A stretch of DNA of 64,000 nt from the human T2T-CHM13v2.0 reference genome, Homo sapiens (GCF_009914755.1 NC_060936.1); one strand, 5' to 3'; shown: positions 1 to 16,707, counted from the first letter of the stretch. Numbers and translations are program-made. The notes: generated by a model from the letters alone, not told the origin.

Positions 1-129
1 TTCAGTATTTTCCTCTAAAAATTGAATAAAGTGAGTAAAATTATAAATGTTATAATTATTTTGATATTATTTCAATCATGTTTTCACAAATTAAACAGAA
101 TAGTGTCAGATACTTCATGAAAAGTACAT

Positions 130-1517
130 TTAATGTATAAAATTTGATGAGTTTGGACATAGACAGACAACTGTAATACCATCCCCAAAATCAAGTAATA
201 AATATAACCATCACATCCAAAAGTTTTGTTGTGTCTTTTTGCATTATTCACGTGTGGTTGTGTATATGTGGTAATAACACAACACAAACTCTACCTTTTT
301 AATGAACTTTAAGGGCACCATACCATGTTAACTATAGTCACTATGTTGTACAGAAGATCTTTAGAACTTTATTCATCTTGCATAACTGTTTAATTTATGA
401 AAATTGAACAACTCCTCATTTTCCCCTACTCTTAATTTTTATCAACCACCATTCTATTATCTATTTCAGTGAGTTTGGCTATTGTAGATAACTCATATAT
501 GTGGAATCATGTAGTAATTGTCTTTCCATGACTAGATTATTTTACTTAGCATGATATCTTCCAGGTGTATCCATATTGTTGCAAAGGGCGGAATTTTCTT
601 CTTTTTAAATAATAATATTACATTGTATGTATAAAGCACCTTTTCTGTACCTATTTGTCTGTCAATGAGCATTTGGGTCAACTTCATATCTCAGCTATTG
701 TAAATAATGCTGCAAATAACATGGGAGTGTAGACATCACTTTGAGATCCTAATTTTAATTCTTACATATATATGACCAGAAATGGGATTGCTGGATTATG
801 CAGTAGTCCTATTTTTAATTTTTTGAGGAACCTCCATGCTATTTGCCATAGATGTTGTACCATTTTATATTCCCACCAACTGTGTGTAAGGGTTCTGATT
901 TCTCCACAAAGTTGCCAACACTTGTTATCTTTTTAAATTTTTTATGACAACCATCCTAAGACGTGTAAGGTGGTATCTCCAATAGTACAGGGAAAACAGA
1001 ATAGTCACATGCAAAAGAATAAAATTAGACCTCTATCTTACACCATACACACAAGTCAACTCAAGATGGGTTAAAGATGTAAATCTAAGACCTGAAACCA
1101 TAAAACTCCCAAAAGAAACCATATGCTTGAGAAAACTTTGTGACATTGGTCTTGTTAATGATTTCATAGACATGACATCAAAATCATAGGCAACAAAAGC
1201 AAAAGTAGGCAAGTGGTACTACATTAAATTAAAAGCATCTGTACAGAAAAGGAAACAATCAACACAGTGAAAGGCAATCTACAGAAATAGATACAATATT
1301 TTCAAACCTTATATCTGATATGGGATTTATTTCCAAAGTGTATAAGAAACTCCTACAACTCAACAGCCAAAAACAAAAAACAAAAAAGGGCAAAGGACTT
1401 GAATAGATATTTCTGCAGGGAAGACATAAAGATGAATAAAAGGTAATGTAAAGGTGCTCAACATCACTAAATGTAAATCAAAATCACAATGAGATTTCAC
1501 CTCACAACAGGATGGCT
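130..1517. mobile_element. Old L1 (L1MA/MB-like) 3' portion with 5' inversion: minus-strand part ~130-979, plus-strand part ~985-1517
   Basis: Antisense L1 3'UTR/ORF2-end motifs (tgggattgctgga, ccatcctaag...ggtggtatctc), then sense ORF2 C-terminal motifs (gggaaaac...cacatgcaaaagaataaaattagacc). Confidence 0.8.
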
Positions 1518-1784
1518 TTAATTATGTGGTTTTGATAAGGTTCACCAAAGGGTAATAATAACCAATTAATGAAGATGAAGTTGATTGCGCTTAGACTGAC
1601 AAATGATCTTTGATAATATACTGTGATTTTTCTGTTTGAATTTCTCAAGTGCATGTTGAGTATGATGCAGAACTTATTGTCTTCTTCACCCAGCTGAACC
1701 CTGCCTCAAAATGCCAATGCATTTCTTCTTTCAAATCTTCTTCTTGAAAATCTGAATGACATTGATTGTATTCCTATATTTCTT

Positions 1785-2005
1785 GTGTTAGTTCATTTTT
1801 ACACGGCTAATAAAGACATACATGAGACTGATAATTTATAAGGAAAAAGGATTAATGGACTCACATTTCCTCATGGCTGGGGAGGCCTCACAATCTGGGT
1901 GGAAGGCAAGGAGGAGCAAGTCACGTCTTACATGGATGGCAGCAGGCAAAGAGAGAGCTTGTGTGGGGAAACTCTCCCTTATAAAATCATCAGACTTTAT
2001 GAGAC
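1785..2005 (-). mobile_element. THE1-type MaLR LTR fragment
   Basis: tgtgttagttcattttt...ggctggggaggcctcacaatc...gcaagtcacgtcttacatgg matches the reverse complement of the THE1 LTR 3' half. Confidence 0.8.
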
Positions 2006-2965
2006 AAAGAGGCCACTGCTCGAACAGTCACTGGGGCAACTACAAAGAAGCACTGTGGAAGCACTTTGGCCTACGTCACAGCAACTAACATGACAGACAG
2101 AATAATTAGATTTATCACACAGCAAAAAAATTCTTAAGTTGTCCCACATCAGAGGAGATGTGGAAAGGTGCCATTTGAATCAGAAGGAAGGGAGAGGGCA
2201 CTCAGGAAAGCCGGATAGGTATCTGAGGGATAACATTTTTATTTTCTTTCTCAAGTAGCCAATTATACCTTCACAACTTATAAAAAAGCATCCTGTGTTC
2301 ACCTATTTGAAATACTAACTTTATCAAATATTAGTTTTGTAAGTTTTTTGTGGTATATGAATAGCAATCAATGTATCTATTGATATATTTGTCATATATA
2401 ATCTAGCTCTGCCATCTATTTGTAAAAATTTCAAAAACTTTTACTTTATTCGTCTTCATTTCTCATTCTTTTTCAATATCTTCTTTTCTTTCATGACATC
2501 ACCTACTTTTAGTGCAATCTTTATGAAAATAAAATTGGTTATTTATTTCATTATTAAACTCCTTTAAATTATTTTTCTTTTTTTATAATGAAGTATGAAT
2601 TCTCTTAGAATAAACCAAAATCCTTTAATGGTTATTTTGTGTCATATGAATATCCACTTATTTCAGCACTGTTAGCTGATATAAAAACTAAAAATTTACT
2701 TAAACAGTCATAGATAATAATATCCTATATCCACTGAATCAGCAGAATAGAATTCCATAAGACAAAAAGCAAACAAATAAAGCAAATTAAAAACAAAAAC
2801 CAACAATAATAAAGAACAATGAAGGCAAAATCCAATTCTTTGAGGTGGTAAATATAATTGATATAGCTCTAGTTAGAATGATCAGGGAAAAATGAAAAAT
2901 TACTAATTTTAGAATTGAGAAAGATGACATTACTACATATCCTACAGATATTAAAAGAATGTTGA

Positions 2966-3281
<316 letters not shown>

Positions 3282-3963
3282 CTATGAACAACTTTATGCT
3301 AAATAATAGACAATTTAGATGAAATGGACAAAATCATTGAAAAACCCTAAATGCCAAAGGTCACCCAAAAAGAAATACATAAGTTGAATAGTCTTATATC
3401 TGTTAAAGTAATTGATTTGTATTTTAAAAGCTTCACATAGAAAAAAAAAGATCTAGGACTGGATAGCTTTCCTGGTAAGTTATGCAACAAATTTTTAAAA
3501 ATATCAATTACATACAAATTCTTCTAAAAACCTGAAGAGGAGGAAATATTTTCCAATTTATCTTCAGGCAGCATTACTCTGACACCAAAAATGGACAAAC
3601 ACATTAAAAACATACAACCACAGTTAATATTCCTCATAAGTATACATACAAAAATTCTGAAAAACAATCAAAATGTATTTAATAATATTAATATATAAAC
3701 ATGATAATATATAATGACCAAAGTGAGGTTTATCTCAAGAATGCACTGTTTAGTTTAACATTAGGAAAAAACTAATGCAATTTACGGTGTGTTAAAAAAA
3801 CTAAAAATTTATTTAAAGAGTCATAGATAAATAATTTGATAAGATTCAATATTTATTGCTAAGAAAAACTCCAAGCAAGCTAGGCATAGAAGGGAACTGC
3901 CTCAATATGATGAAGGGCATCCAAATAATTTACAGCTAACATTGAAGCAAAAAAACTGAATGC

Positions 3964-4265
3964 GGCCAGGCATGGTGTCTCACGCCTGCAATTCCAGCAC
4001 TTTGGAAAGCTGAGGCAGGAGGACTGCTTGAGCCCAGGAGTTCGAGACCAGCCTGGGCAACATAGACTCCCATCTCTACAAATAATAAAAACAAAATTAA
4101 CTTGGCATGGTGGCATGCTCCTGTGGTCTCAGCTACTTGGGAAGCTGAGGTAGGAGGACCACTTTAGTCCAGGAAGTCGAGGCTGCAGTGAGCCAAGCCA
4201 TGATCACACTACTGCACTCCAGTGTGGGTGACAGGAGAATGAATCTCAAAATACAAAACAAAATG
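3964..4265 (+). mobile_element. AluJ-like SINE
   Basis: gcttgagcccaggagttcgagacc and gaggctgcagtgagcc; decayed A tail. Confidence 0.9.
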
Positions 4266-5769
4266 AAAAACCTGATAGCTTTCCCACTAAGATCAGGAAA
4301 AAGACAAGGATATTCACTCTCCTCATTTCTATTCAACAAGATACTGGGAGTTCTAGCCACTGACATAAGTCTAGAAAAATAAATAAAAGATAGCCAGATT
4401 GAAAAATAAGAAATAAAACTATTTTTATTTGCAGACAGCATCATCATGAAAGTAGAAAATCCAATGAAATCTATAAAAATTGTACTAGATTTAGTAAATG
4501 AGTATAGAGAGTTTGTAAGATATAGTATCAATCCAAAAATTAATCATATTCCTGCCTACTCTAAATTTAAAAAAAGTCAAATACCATCTTAAATTTTAAA
4601 GCCCAACATATTTAGAGACAAATTTGACAAAAGATGTATGTGATGTGTACACTGAAAACTACATAACATTGTCAAAATAAATTAAGAAGACCTTAAAAAA
4701 TTAAGCAATAGAGTGTGTTCATGGGTCAAAATGCTGAATATTTTTCAATTGTCTATTCTTCCGAAATTGATCTATAGGTTCAATGCAATATCAATCAAAA
4801 CTCCTAGAGCTTTTTTTTGGAGAAGTTGACAAACTGATTCTTAAATTCATATGGAAATGTGCAAAAGACCTGAAATTGTCAAACATCTTTGGAAGAAAAT
4901 AATAAAGTTGGAACATTAAAACTATCTGATATTAATACTTGGAATAATGGTACAATGTAGCATTGCCCTAATTTAAACAAGTAGATTAATGGAACAGAAT
5001 AGAGTACAGAAACACAGCACACCTATTATATATAGATAACTGATTTTTTGACAAATGTTCAAAGGCTGGTTAAGAAAGAACAAATTTGTTTTTATTTTTG
5101 TTTTCCCAAGGAATTGTTCTGATGTATTTCATGTATAAGAGTAGTAGGTCTGGACTGTTTTTCAACTCTGAATTTCTATAGTAGACCTGATGCTTTCTTA
5201 AGAATGGATGACAGTGAGCATTTTTTTCATGACTAAACATTAGTAACTAGTCATTTGGATTTGTTTTTGATGACATTTGTTTTGAGTCATGTTTTGTGGT
5301 CCTTAGGGCTTTGTTTAATACCTTTTAGAGCTTGGTTACAAAGACAATATACACTACCAATCCTTTTTACTCATTTTGAGTATAGTCTTTATATTAATAC
5401 GGTTCATGGGCTTCAGATATTCAAATTATCCTGCACCTGCATGTCACAAACCAAATGCAATACTATTGATTTTTTCCAAATTTATAAAAAGGACACTTTT
5501 AAAAATAATCAAACCCATTACCCTTGCATACCCAGTGTCCTGCCAGTACACAATTGAAACCTCATTTTAAGTTTGAATTTGTTTGCAATATTCAAGCCTG
5601 CTGTACACTTGTTTTGAATTTCTTTTTTTTTAGTGAAAGTAACAGAAAGATCTTTTTGTTTGAAAAAACTAGCCCAGCAGATTTTCTCACGTTGCCTCAT
5701 GACAGTGAGAACAATTGATGTTTTGTTGCATATTGCCTAGATTTTAAAAACAGACAGTATAGATTGTTA

Positions 5770-6300
5770 TATGCATAAATAAACTTTTTGAACAGCAGTC
5801 TCTAAGGAATTTTTTCTCTATTTTCTTTTGTTTTGTAGTTTCAATAGATTCCCTTGTGTCTTTACTGAGCAAAAAGATAAAAATACCTCTAGCTTAATGG
5901 GATACGTGACATTTCTCTACTTAAAGTCTTTCTTTAAGTTGTTCTTTTTCCTAGGCTTTCATCTTTGGTGTAACAAGTCTAGTTAAGTATTAATGAAAAC
6001 TTTTAGAAATTTAACCAGACTGTAGAGAATGATAGAGATACATTGGAATTTTGCGTGTGTGTCTGAATCCTGAGATGTGTAGTGAATATGAACTTAAGTG
6101 AAAGTGGAAAATATTTAAACAAAATATTGTCTCATTTTATCTTTACATGGATCCTTCTGAAGAAAACTAGGTATTTAATATCTCTTTAATAATGGGACAG
6201 TGTATTGAAATGATTATAAATATCCTTAATTTAGTTAGCCTTTGCATTCTATCATGTACCATAATATAAAAACAAATCCAATATACCCTGTGTAAGGTAA
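5770..6300 (+). promoter_or_regulatory. Relic promoter and noncoding exon 1 of the upstream OR6C pseudogene (paralogous to the OR6C6 promoter)
   Basis: Aligns by eye to the reverse complement of ~20870-21450; O/E-like sites (tctctaagga, ttcccttgtg); candidate donor aag|gtaaca near 6296. Confidence 0.55.
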
Positions 6301-6614
6301 CACCATTTTTAACTTATCTTTTTGTGCAACAAAAGTTAGGGCACAACTTTGGAAATCCAAGTCAGGGAATTAAATTTGCCCTTAAATTGTCCTATTTGCT
6401 TTATTCCTTCTGATGAAGAAGAAAACTTTCTAATATAGACATTAAATATATATTATTATATATATTTATATATATATTTAAAATTCCTAATATATATTTC
6501 TATTATATATAAGAAATTTTTACTTCTTCAGCTATATTTTCATATTTTTACCTCTATTTATCTTATATATAATGTAATAGAATACATTTTTTAAAAATAC
6601 AAATAAGTCTAATT

Positions 6615-6676
6615 TTTTTTCTTCAGCTTTTATTTTAAGTTTTGGGGTACATGTGCAGAATGTGCAGGTTTGTTAC
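6615..6676 (-). mobile_element. Very short L1PA 3'-end insertion
   Basis: ttttaagttttggggtacatgtgcagaatgtgcaggtttgttac; TSD tctaatt at 6608-6614 and 6677-6683. Confidence 0.8.
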
Positions 6677-8310
6677 TCTAATTAATTTTTTAATCTATCT
6701 CTATGAGCTTGTAGTTGCATTGAATGAATCATAGAGGAAATTAGAAAGCAGCTATTTACATGTTGAGAAAATCTACAAACACACTTACATCCAGCTTAAG
6801 ATTAAAGATAGCTATTGTGTTTAACAAAGCCCAGATTTTGATCAGTAGAACAATGATGAAATTTTAAAAAAATCTTCACTAATTATACTTAGTCTACCAC
6901 ATCATAAAAATTTCACAGATAATACATGAAAAAAGTAAATTTCTATTTATTACATTACATGTAATAATATGTAGTTATATGTAAAATATGTATTATAATA
7001 CATATACACATAAACTACATGTAAATTTTGTTATACTAGAAAAGGAGTGACTAATGAAAAACCCAAGAGATAACAAAAATAGAAATATTTTTACATTGCA
7101 AGTACTATTATGCATGCATTAACTTATTATTTATGAAAGACACACAAATTAAGATTACTAGAGAGCAATCATTGTTTAAAACAAAGATTCTAAGGATTCC
7201 TTAATTAAAAACAAAGGTTTTATAGGGATTCAGTAATTTTAAATGAATATATATAAATAAAAGAATATTAAGCTATGTAAAAAAGCAGAGAAATAATTAA
7301 ATATCTTAATCAAAAAAATAACTTGCATGATATTTGATTTTTTTATTATAGCTTGCATGTTATAAAAGGAAGCCAGAAAATGGAAAAAACGCCCTTTTGA
7401 ATATTGCCCAGGAATTCTGAAAATTGGCTAAGACGAAGCAGCCTTTCTTTAGCAAAAATAATTAACGAAAAATAAATTATAATCAGTTACTATGGAACAT
7501 AACTGCAATACTAGTCAGTAAGAAGACCTGCAACTAGTACTTAAAATCATTTTACATTGAAAATAAAACAATATATAGCTTCTTACTGTATTTGCAAAAG
7601 AAAGAAATAAGAAACCATTATAAATAGATTAAAGAAAAATGGAAGATAAAATATAGAAAGACTAGTTTTAGTTTTTCTGTTGGATATATCTCTGTCATAC
7701 AGAATTGAGGCACTGTTAATGACTTACTGGAAAAGTGGTCAATCTAAAGGCAATTGATAAAGTACGAATAGGCACGTAAGTGGAGCTAGAAAAACTGTAG
7801 GAATGGAAACACAAAAACTAAGTAAATAAAATATAAAATTGAACTTGATGATGGATAAACATATATCAATGAATAAATATAAAATGGAACTTGATGAATA
7901 AATGAATCTCTTAAGTAACAAGTTACTTGAGATGTTAGCTAAATTCAGAAATTTCAAACTACTAAACATTTAAACTGCCTTTTGGGATAAAGTGCTTGAA
8001 AGATGAATCAAAAGTTAACACTAACCAAAGTATGAAACTTATTTCAAATGACTGAAAAGCCTTCAGTAACGTGGCAAGTAGGACTTATTTAACTCTGGAC
8101 AAGAGAAGAATCTCTCAACATTCTTATAAACATGACTGATGAATTGGAGGATATGTTCATTTTTATGAACTATAAGTTGATTTGTGAAAATATCTGCACA
8201 AGGGTAATTTTCTAAATACGAAATTTTCTATGGTTGAGAATGAAGTAATGTATTTTCTTACTTGTGGTATTAGTTTTTATTTTCTGCAGATTTCACAGGA
8301 CAAAAGAAAA

Positions 8311-9235
8311 ATGAAGAACCAATCAATGGGGATAGTGTTCACTCTGCTTGGACTGACAAACGACCCCCTACTACAGATTGTGATTTTTTTGTTTCTATTT
8401 TTTAATTATGTCCTGAGCCTGATGGGGAACTTAACCATTATCCTCCTCAGCCTGCTGGATCCATGGCTCAAGACTCCAATGTATTTTTTCCTCCGAAATT
8501 TCTCCTTCTTAGAAATTTCATTCACAACTGTTCGCATTACACGATTCTCGACAAGCATTCTGACTGGAGACAAGACAATTTCCTACGATGCTTGTGCAAT
8601 TCAATTATTCTTCTTTCTTTTATTAGGAGTTACTGAGTTTTACCTCCTGGCTGCCATGTCCTATGACTGCTACATTGCCATCTGCAAACCACTGCATTAT
8701 CCAATCATTATGAGCAGCAAAGCGTGCTACCAACTTGTAATCATCTCTTGGGTAGCTGGATTCGTAATCATCTTTCCCCTTTTGGTCTTGGGACTCAAGC
8801 TGGATTTCTGTGCTTCCAAACTATTGATCACTTCTTATGTGACACTTCTCCTATTCTACAGATTTCTTGCACAGATACAAGTTTCATAGAATTAATGGCT
8901 TTTATCTTAGCTGTGCTGACACTCATCACCACATTGTTGTTAGTGATCCTCTCCTACACATACATCATCAAAACCATTCTAAAATTCCCTTCTGTTCAAC
9001 AACAAACCAAGGCTTTTTCCACTTGTTCTTCACACATGATTGTTGTCTCTATTACTTATGGGAGTTGTATCTTTATGTATATGAAACCATCAGCAAAAGA
9101 AAGGGTGACTTTAACTAAAGGAGTATCTGTACTCAATATCTCTGTTGCCCCTTTACTCAACCCTTTCACACTCTAAGGAACCAGAAGGTGAAAGAAGCTC
9201 TCAAGGACATGCTTCAAAGATTTTGCTATTTTTAA
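8311..9235 (+). pseudogene. OR6C72P: OR6C-subfamily olfactory receptor pseudogene, closest to OR6C6 (likely OR6C72P)
   Basis: MKNQSM start, [11 protein letters not shown] and KAFSTCSSH motifs; DRY changed to DCY; 1-nt deletion near 8820 and 4-nt deletion near 9168 relative to OR6C6; acceptor ttttctgcag at 8280-8289. Symbol inferred from recalled cluster order. Confidence 0.85.
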
Positions 9236-9881
9236 AACAAGGCAAAATTTGAATATAAATAATATACTGTTGGAACATGGATGGGAAAATTGAATGCAGT
9301 CTTCAATAAATTACCTTCGTTCAGAGTTATTCCATTTCTCCACTTGAATAATATCATATTCGGTTTACTACATCTCTATGTTCTCTGTAGCCCTCTGTGT
9401 TGTTCTTTCTGAGTAGCTCTTCCTACTCTCTAGTGATAAACTACCTTCTTCAATCCAGAATATTAAATTTCCTCTGTGCCTAGAAATAGCTCTTCCATAA
9501 ATAATAGTTTTATATACTGAGTGTTTTGTACCAGTGAATATTGCTAGATATACTGAGACAATTACTTCAATATGTGTGTTAATTGCTAAATATTGTATCT
9601 GCTCTTAAGTATTTTGCGTTCCTAAGACAGTCAAAAACACAGAATCTGATAATTATTATATTATGTAATTGATGCTGTGATAAAAACGAGGTAGAAAATC
9701 TGATTAATTTTAAAGATCAAAGTAGCCCCCCAAGAGATCATTGCTTATGATGGACCTTGAAAGATGAAGAAAAAAATTAAAGGTTCTAGGATGCTGTAAT
9801 CAGAGTATAAAATATGCAAATAAATTAGTCTACTGTAGAAGGTTCACCTGGAGAGTTACAATGATTAAGAATATTAAAAAT

Positions 9882-10363
<482 letters not shown>

Positions 10364-10784
10364 TTAAGGCCCTGGTTCAAATTGTTTATGTTGTCTTATA
10401 ATCTCTGAAGTCTACATGTGATAGTAACCCATGAAATAAATTCAAGGTATAATTTACTTATATTTGAGTTTGGGAAACTTTTCATGTATTTTAAATAATT
10501 CATAAACTAAAAGCTTTCTAATCAATTCTGCTTGTGTAAATTTTTACCAAATTAATTAAGTATATCTTTTATACAATAGCATACATAAAACAATGCATTT
10601 GGACAAATATTCATATTCATGTAAAAATACAGAAAACATTTACAACATATTAAATAGTTTCCTTTGCCTCTTTCCAGTCATTCTCCATCTCTCACCTCTA
10701 ACCCCATCTGTCACTGGATTGAGGTGTTCACTGGTGTTCTTTCAGTCACTACAGATGTGTTTTGTCTTTTCTGAAATTTCTTTA

Positions 10785-11105
<321 letters not shown>

Positions 11106-12055
11106 TGAACTTTATGTATGGCTGCTTTTGCTCAGGATAATATTTTTTGAGTTTCATTCATGCTATTGCATGCATTCATAGTTAATTCCTTTTTGTTGAT
11201 AGAATTTGGCAGAATATCTAGTGTCCTTTTGTGACAGCCAGCATTATCTCCTTTATCCCATACTTTGGTATTTTTATTCTCTGAAGAATATCTTCACATA
11301 ACTGAACCATTTAGTTTGATCAGTGTGAAACCTGATTACATTCCATATTCTGAATTGCCAATCCCTGAAGGCCTCTATCTTCCTATAATGTCTTTTAGAA
11401 ATAAGCTGATCCAACAAATGGGAGTTAATTGGAAGGAATTTTTGCCCTATGTCTTGGTGACTCTACTTCTCAATCCTATTCTCCAATGCAGTGGAGCTTC
11501 AAAAATTGTCTCTAAAGGAAAAGAAAAAGGATACACATGGAGGATCTCAATTCCTCATTTGCTTGCTCATTTTAGTGACCCATTTCAACCCCAAATTAAC
11601 TTATACTCTTTTGTATGCAGTAGGCTCCAAGACTCAACCTTCTTTTGAAGAATGGAAGGGAAGCAAAAGTCTGAGAACCAGAGATGAAGCTTGAGGAAAC
11701 TAGAACTAGAGATTTCAGCTCCAAGCCCTACAGAGAATGATTCAGGAAAGCTCAGTGGGAAATGGCAGTGACTTTCAGTAATTTTTGAGAAAGTTCTAAC
11801 CAATAGTCTTAGCAGTAAAGTATGTAGTTCTCAAACAGTTAATGAGAAGTTACTATGGATCTCACCTTGCTCTCCGGTTTGACTATAAATACCTCTGGAA
11901 AATAACAGCCTCTGCTTCTCTTACAACTTCCAAATTTTGAGCAAAGTACTCTCACTGAAAAACTTTGAGATAGAACTATACTGATCAGGGGATTCTGAAA
12001 AATGGCCTCCCGGTATCTCCTCTGCATTTACAGAACAATGAAAAAGGTCAAATAC

Positions 12056-12417
12056 GGGAATACTGCACAATCATAAAAAAAGAATTAAATCATGTCTTTT
12101 GCAGCCACATGGATGCAGCTGCAGGCCATTATCCTAAATAAATTAATGCAGAAACTGAAAACCGAATACTGCATATTCTCACTTACAAGTGGGAGGTAAA
12201 CATTGGGTACACATGGACATAAAGATGGGAACAATAGCTACTAGGGACTACTAGAGAGGGAAAGGGAAGTGATGGTTAAAAAATGACCTATCAAATACTA
12301 TGCTCACTACCTGGGTGATGGGATCATTTGTACCCCAAACCTCAGCAACATGCAATTCACTCATGTAACAGACCTGCACATGTACCCTTAAACCTAAAAT
12401 AAAAGTTGAAAAAAAAG
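12056..12417 (+). mobile_element. L1PB-like 3' end
   Basis: catggatgcagctgcaggccattatcc...cctgcacatgtacccttaaacctaaaataaaag followed by an A tail. Confidence 0.85.
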
Positions 12418-12584
12418 AGACATATGTGGTATTCAGTTGGCAACATAGAATTCAAAGTAGCTTCTTTGAAAGAACCAAAGCCATGGTTTCAGAAATATCA
12501 AATCATTGCTTCTATCACTGGCTCTACCCAAAGAGTGATATCAGTGTTGGAGACATGCTAGGAGAAATTGAAATGATCTAGGGT

Positions 12585-12755
12585 CAATGGTCTCATTGTC
12601 TGAAGTGTTATCCGAGCTCATTGTCTCACAACCAAGAAAATTAATAAGTGTGGACACAAGGGTGAGGTTGGAGCGAAAGCTTAATAAGCAAAAAAAAGTT
12701 CTCCACAGTAAAAAGGAGGCCAAAATGGGTTGCCGTTTTTACAGTTGAATCCAAA
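12585..12755 (-). mobile_element. ERV1-class LTR 3'-end fragment
   Basis: Reverse complement resembles the 3' end of the LTR at 51147-51774 (ctccaacctcacccttgtgtcc...cagacaa). Confidence 0.5.
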
Positions 12756-12781
12756 TTTGGATTCAATTTATCCCCAATTAA

Positions 12782-13151
<370 letters not shown>

Positions 13152-14086
13152 AGGCAGACTTTTTAACATTCTCTGTAGTTATACTTTAACTAATTTTAAT
13201 AGTGAGACCCTTATAAATGAATACAATGTTTCAATGCAGGATTACTCTTTTAATCATCAAAACAATAATGTTGTTTTCAGGGGTAGTGGGGTGTGAAATA
13301 CCTAAAGATGAAGCTTTCAGAAGAAATGGAAAATAGGACTCTAGGAGTAGAACATGGAAAAAAAAACATTTTTAATAATTTAAGAGTCTCGGAATCATTC
13401 AGTGATAATACTAGTAATCACAATTTTGGTAATAAATAAAAGTAGCTTGCAAATTTGGATATTAAATGAGAATTTCATATTGCTCATGAATTGCTATAAA
13501 CGTTCAAAATATAAGGCATTGTATGCCATTCTAAAGACTGTCACCAACAACTGGAAGTAGATGCATTTATGTCATGCTTACAAAGAGCTGGAAGTATTGA
13601 TCTTAAAACCAGAAACGAGAGGAGTGGGATAGAGAAAAGAAAAAACGTGGTTCGATTACCTTCCTGAAGCCAAGTTGAAATACCTACACAAAGAAATTGT
13701 TCTTTTCCTGGCTGGAAGCTTGCTGAATGATTGAATGTGCTGACCCACACTAGTGCTGCTCAAGGAGAAGACTGCATTATTTCCCATGATCAGAATTACT
13801 TAACATAAATTTGCTATGTAGAAAAGGAACTAGAATTGAGAAAAAGACTTTGAGATAAACCTTATATTAACCAGTGGTTTTAATGGCATTGTGTTGATAA
13901 GGAACAACTCTAGATTTGTTTTCATAACAATTTTATAAAACCATTGGGTCTTATATACAAAAAGCACATATTTATTATATGCAGTATTTATTCAGCAAAG
14001 TGATTCATTTTGAGTCAATACACATTTTAAAAGCTTTATTGAGGTGGTATGGAAGAAACTGCATAGATTTAAAGTATACAATATAA

Positions 14087-14429
<343 letters not shown>

Positions 14430-14728
14430 TTATTTTATATTTTCTAAGAATTATATAAAGCTGAAATCATCACTGCAAGTACAATATTGAACATATCCAG
14501 CACTACCAAAAGTTTCCTAATGCAACATTGTATCCCTGCTTACTATACCTCTGTCACTATACTTCAGGAATCACTTACCTGCTTTATGTCACTGTAGATT
14601 ACATTTCTATTTACTATCACATTTTCTAGAATGTTATAGGAATAGAATAATGCAGTATTCTTTTTGACTAGGCTTCTTTCACCCAGCCTAATTATTTTGA
14701 GATTCGTCTGTACTACTGCCTATGTTAA

Positions 14729-14908
<180 letters not shown>

Positions 14909-15777
14909 TAATCTAAATCAAAACTACCTCATGCATCATCAAGGATAGAGTGAGAGAATTACAGATCATCTGCTATTAATGCTTTCATTCTCAGCAATTT
15001 TGATTTTGTACAATAACCATTCCCTTTCAAAACAGATAATTTGTTATATGAAAAAAGTTATATTTGGAATCATTAGAAACATTACAACTGAATATTTAAT
15101 TTTTTCTTAATTTTCAAGGTGCCTATTTGATTGAAACAGAACCATAAAAATACTTTATTAACTGTCATCTACATGCTTAAGATGGTATCATAGCTATCAC
15201 TTCATAATTTGTTAGCAATGCATTATTAAAACTGAGTGGTAAAATAAAGGAATTGAACATAAACTAAGATTTGATATAGTACTGTGGTAAACAAGAATAG
15301 CTTTTGCCTGCTTTTGTCTACATACAGGAAACCAGAGAATGAATAAAGATGATAATAACATTCCTACGTCAATAAGAAATATAAATCAGTTCTGTTCATA
15401 CATTTGAATGTCTTAGATATGTGATCATGACAATGATGACAATGATGACAATGACAAAAAAAGATGAAAATGGTGATGAAAATGACACAATTATGGTCCT
15501 GGGGATGAAAGTCTTACACCATTAACCAATTACATTATCTGAGGAAAGCTATCTGAGATCATGGGTCCTGAGTTTCCTCAGAGATAAATGAATACATGGA
15601 AGGATACTTTCAGACTGAAAATCAAGTGATACTACAATTTTATATTATGAAGATATAGTCTAGATTTTCAGAAAGTGGAGATGAGATTTGTATACAGAAT
15701 GAGAAGAATTAATGTCTAAGTATTAGGTTGTTTCAGAACTCCTGAAAAAAATAAATCTCGTTTAGTTGGGATCAAAT

Positions 15778-15845
15778 CTCTCTCTCTCTCTCTCCCTCTG
15801 TGTCTCTCTCACACTCTCTTCTCTTTCTCTCTCTCCTTATCTCTC
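15778..15845. repeat. (TC)n-rich simple repeat
   Basis: tctctctctc tract. Confidence 0.85.
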
Positions 15846-16405
15846 CCCACACTGTTTTTATCCAGATGCATGAATATAATAAGATTAAAACTTGTGGGCA
15901 AATTGTTTATCTGAAGGACATGAAAGGATTATCTTAATTCAAAACCAAAATGCAATAGTCAGAATTGCTGTATGCTGTGGAGTAAAATGAACTTCCTTAA
16001 AATCATTTACTGTATATGTGGTTGGGAGTGAAAATAGAGAATTAAACCCAAACCCTCCCATTGAATTATACTCACAATCCAAAAGTTTATTAAAATATCT
16101 AATTTCTTTCTTGTAAATATCTTTGACTCTTTACCTGTATTCTAGTCCCACTGTCACATTTATACACTAAGATTTAAAATTTATAAATAGTTTAAAACAA
16201 AGGCCCCCTCACCTGCACCCTGATAATAAGACACCCCATATTCCATATCATTTCCAAGAGTAATCTCCCTAAAAACAAGAAGTTAACATTAAATTTTTCA
16301 TCTTAAATACACTTTCAATGACTTCTGTCTAGTTGGAAATGTCAATGAGATTGTAGCCTTTACTTGACATTTAACATGCAGGTTATCTACAATAACCTGG
16401 GGTGC

Positions 16406-16707
<302 letters not shown>

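Noticed and set aside
293-305. acctttttaatga, a near match to the OR H/P-enhancer core 13-mer (also cttttaatga at 41806-41815)
   Set aside because: The first lies inside an L1 fragment; such matches are expected by chance in AT-rich DNA and neither has an adjacent O/E site.
8230-8310. Upstream in-frame ATG extending the first pseudogene ORF (similar extension at 36346)
   Set aside because: The extension crosses a good splice acceptor, so it is probably intronic, and the gene is frameshifted anyway.
15425-15490. Short periodic repeats (gacaatgat units; also 42448-42475, 43697-43724, 44158-44180) as a possible array
   Set aside because: Slippage duplications with no spacers; nothing CRISPR-like in this eukaryotic DNA.
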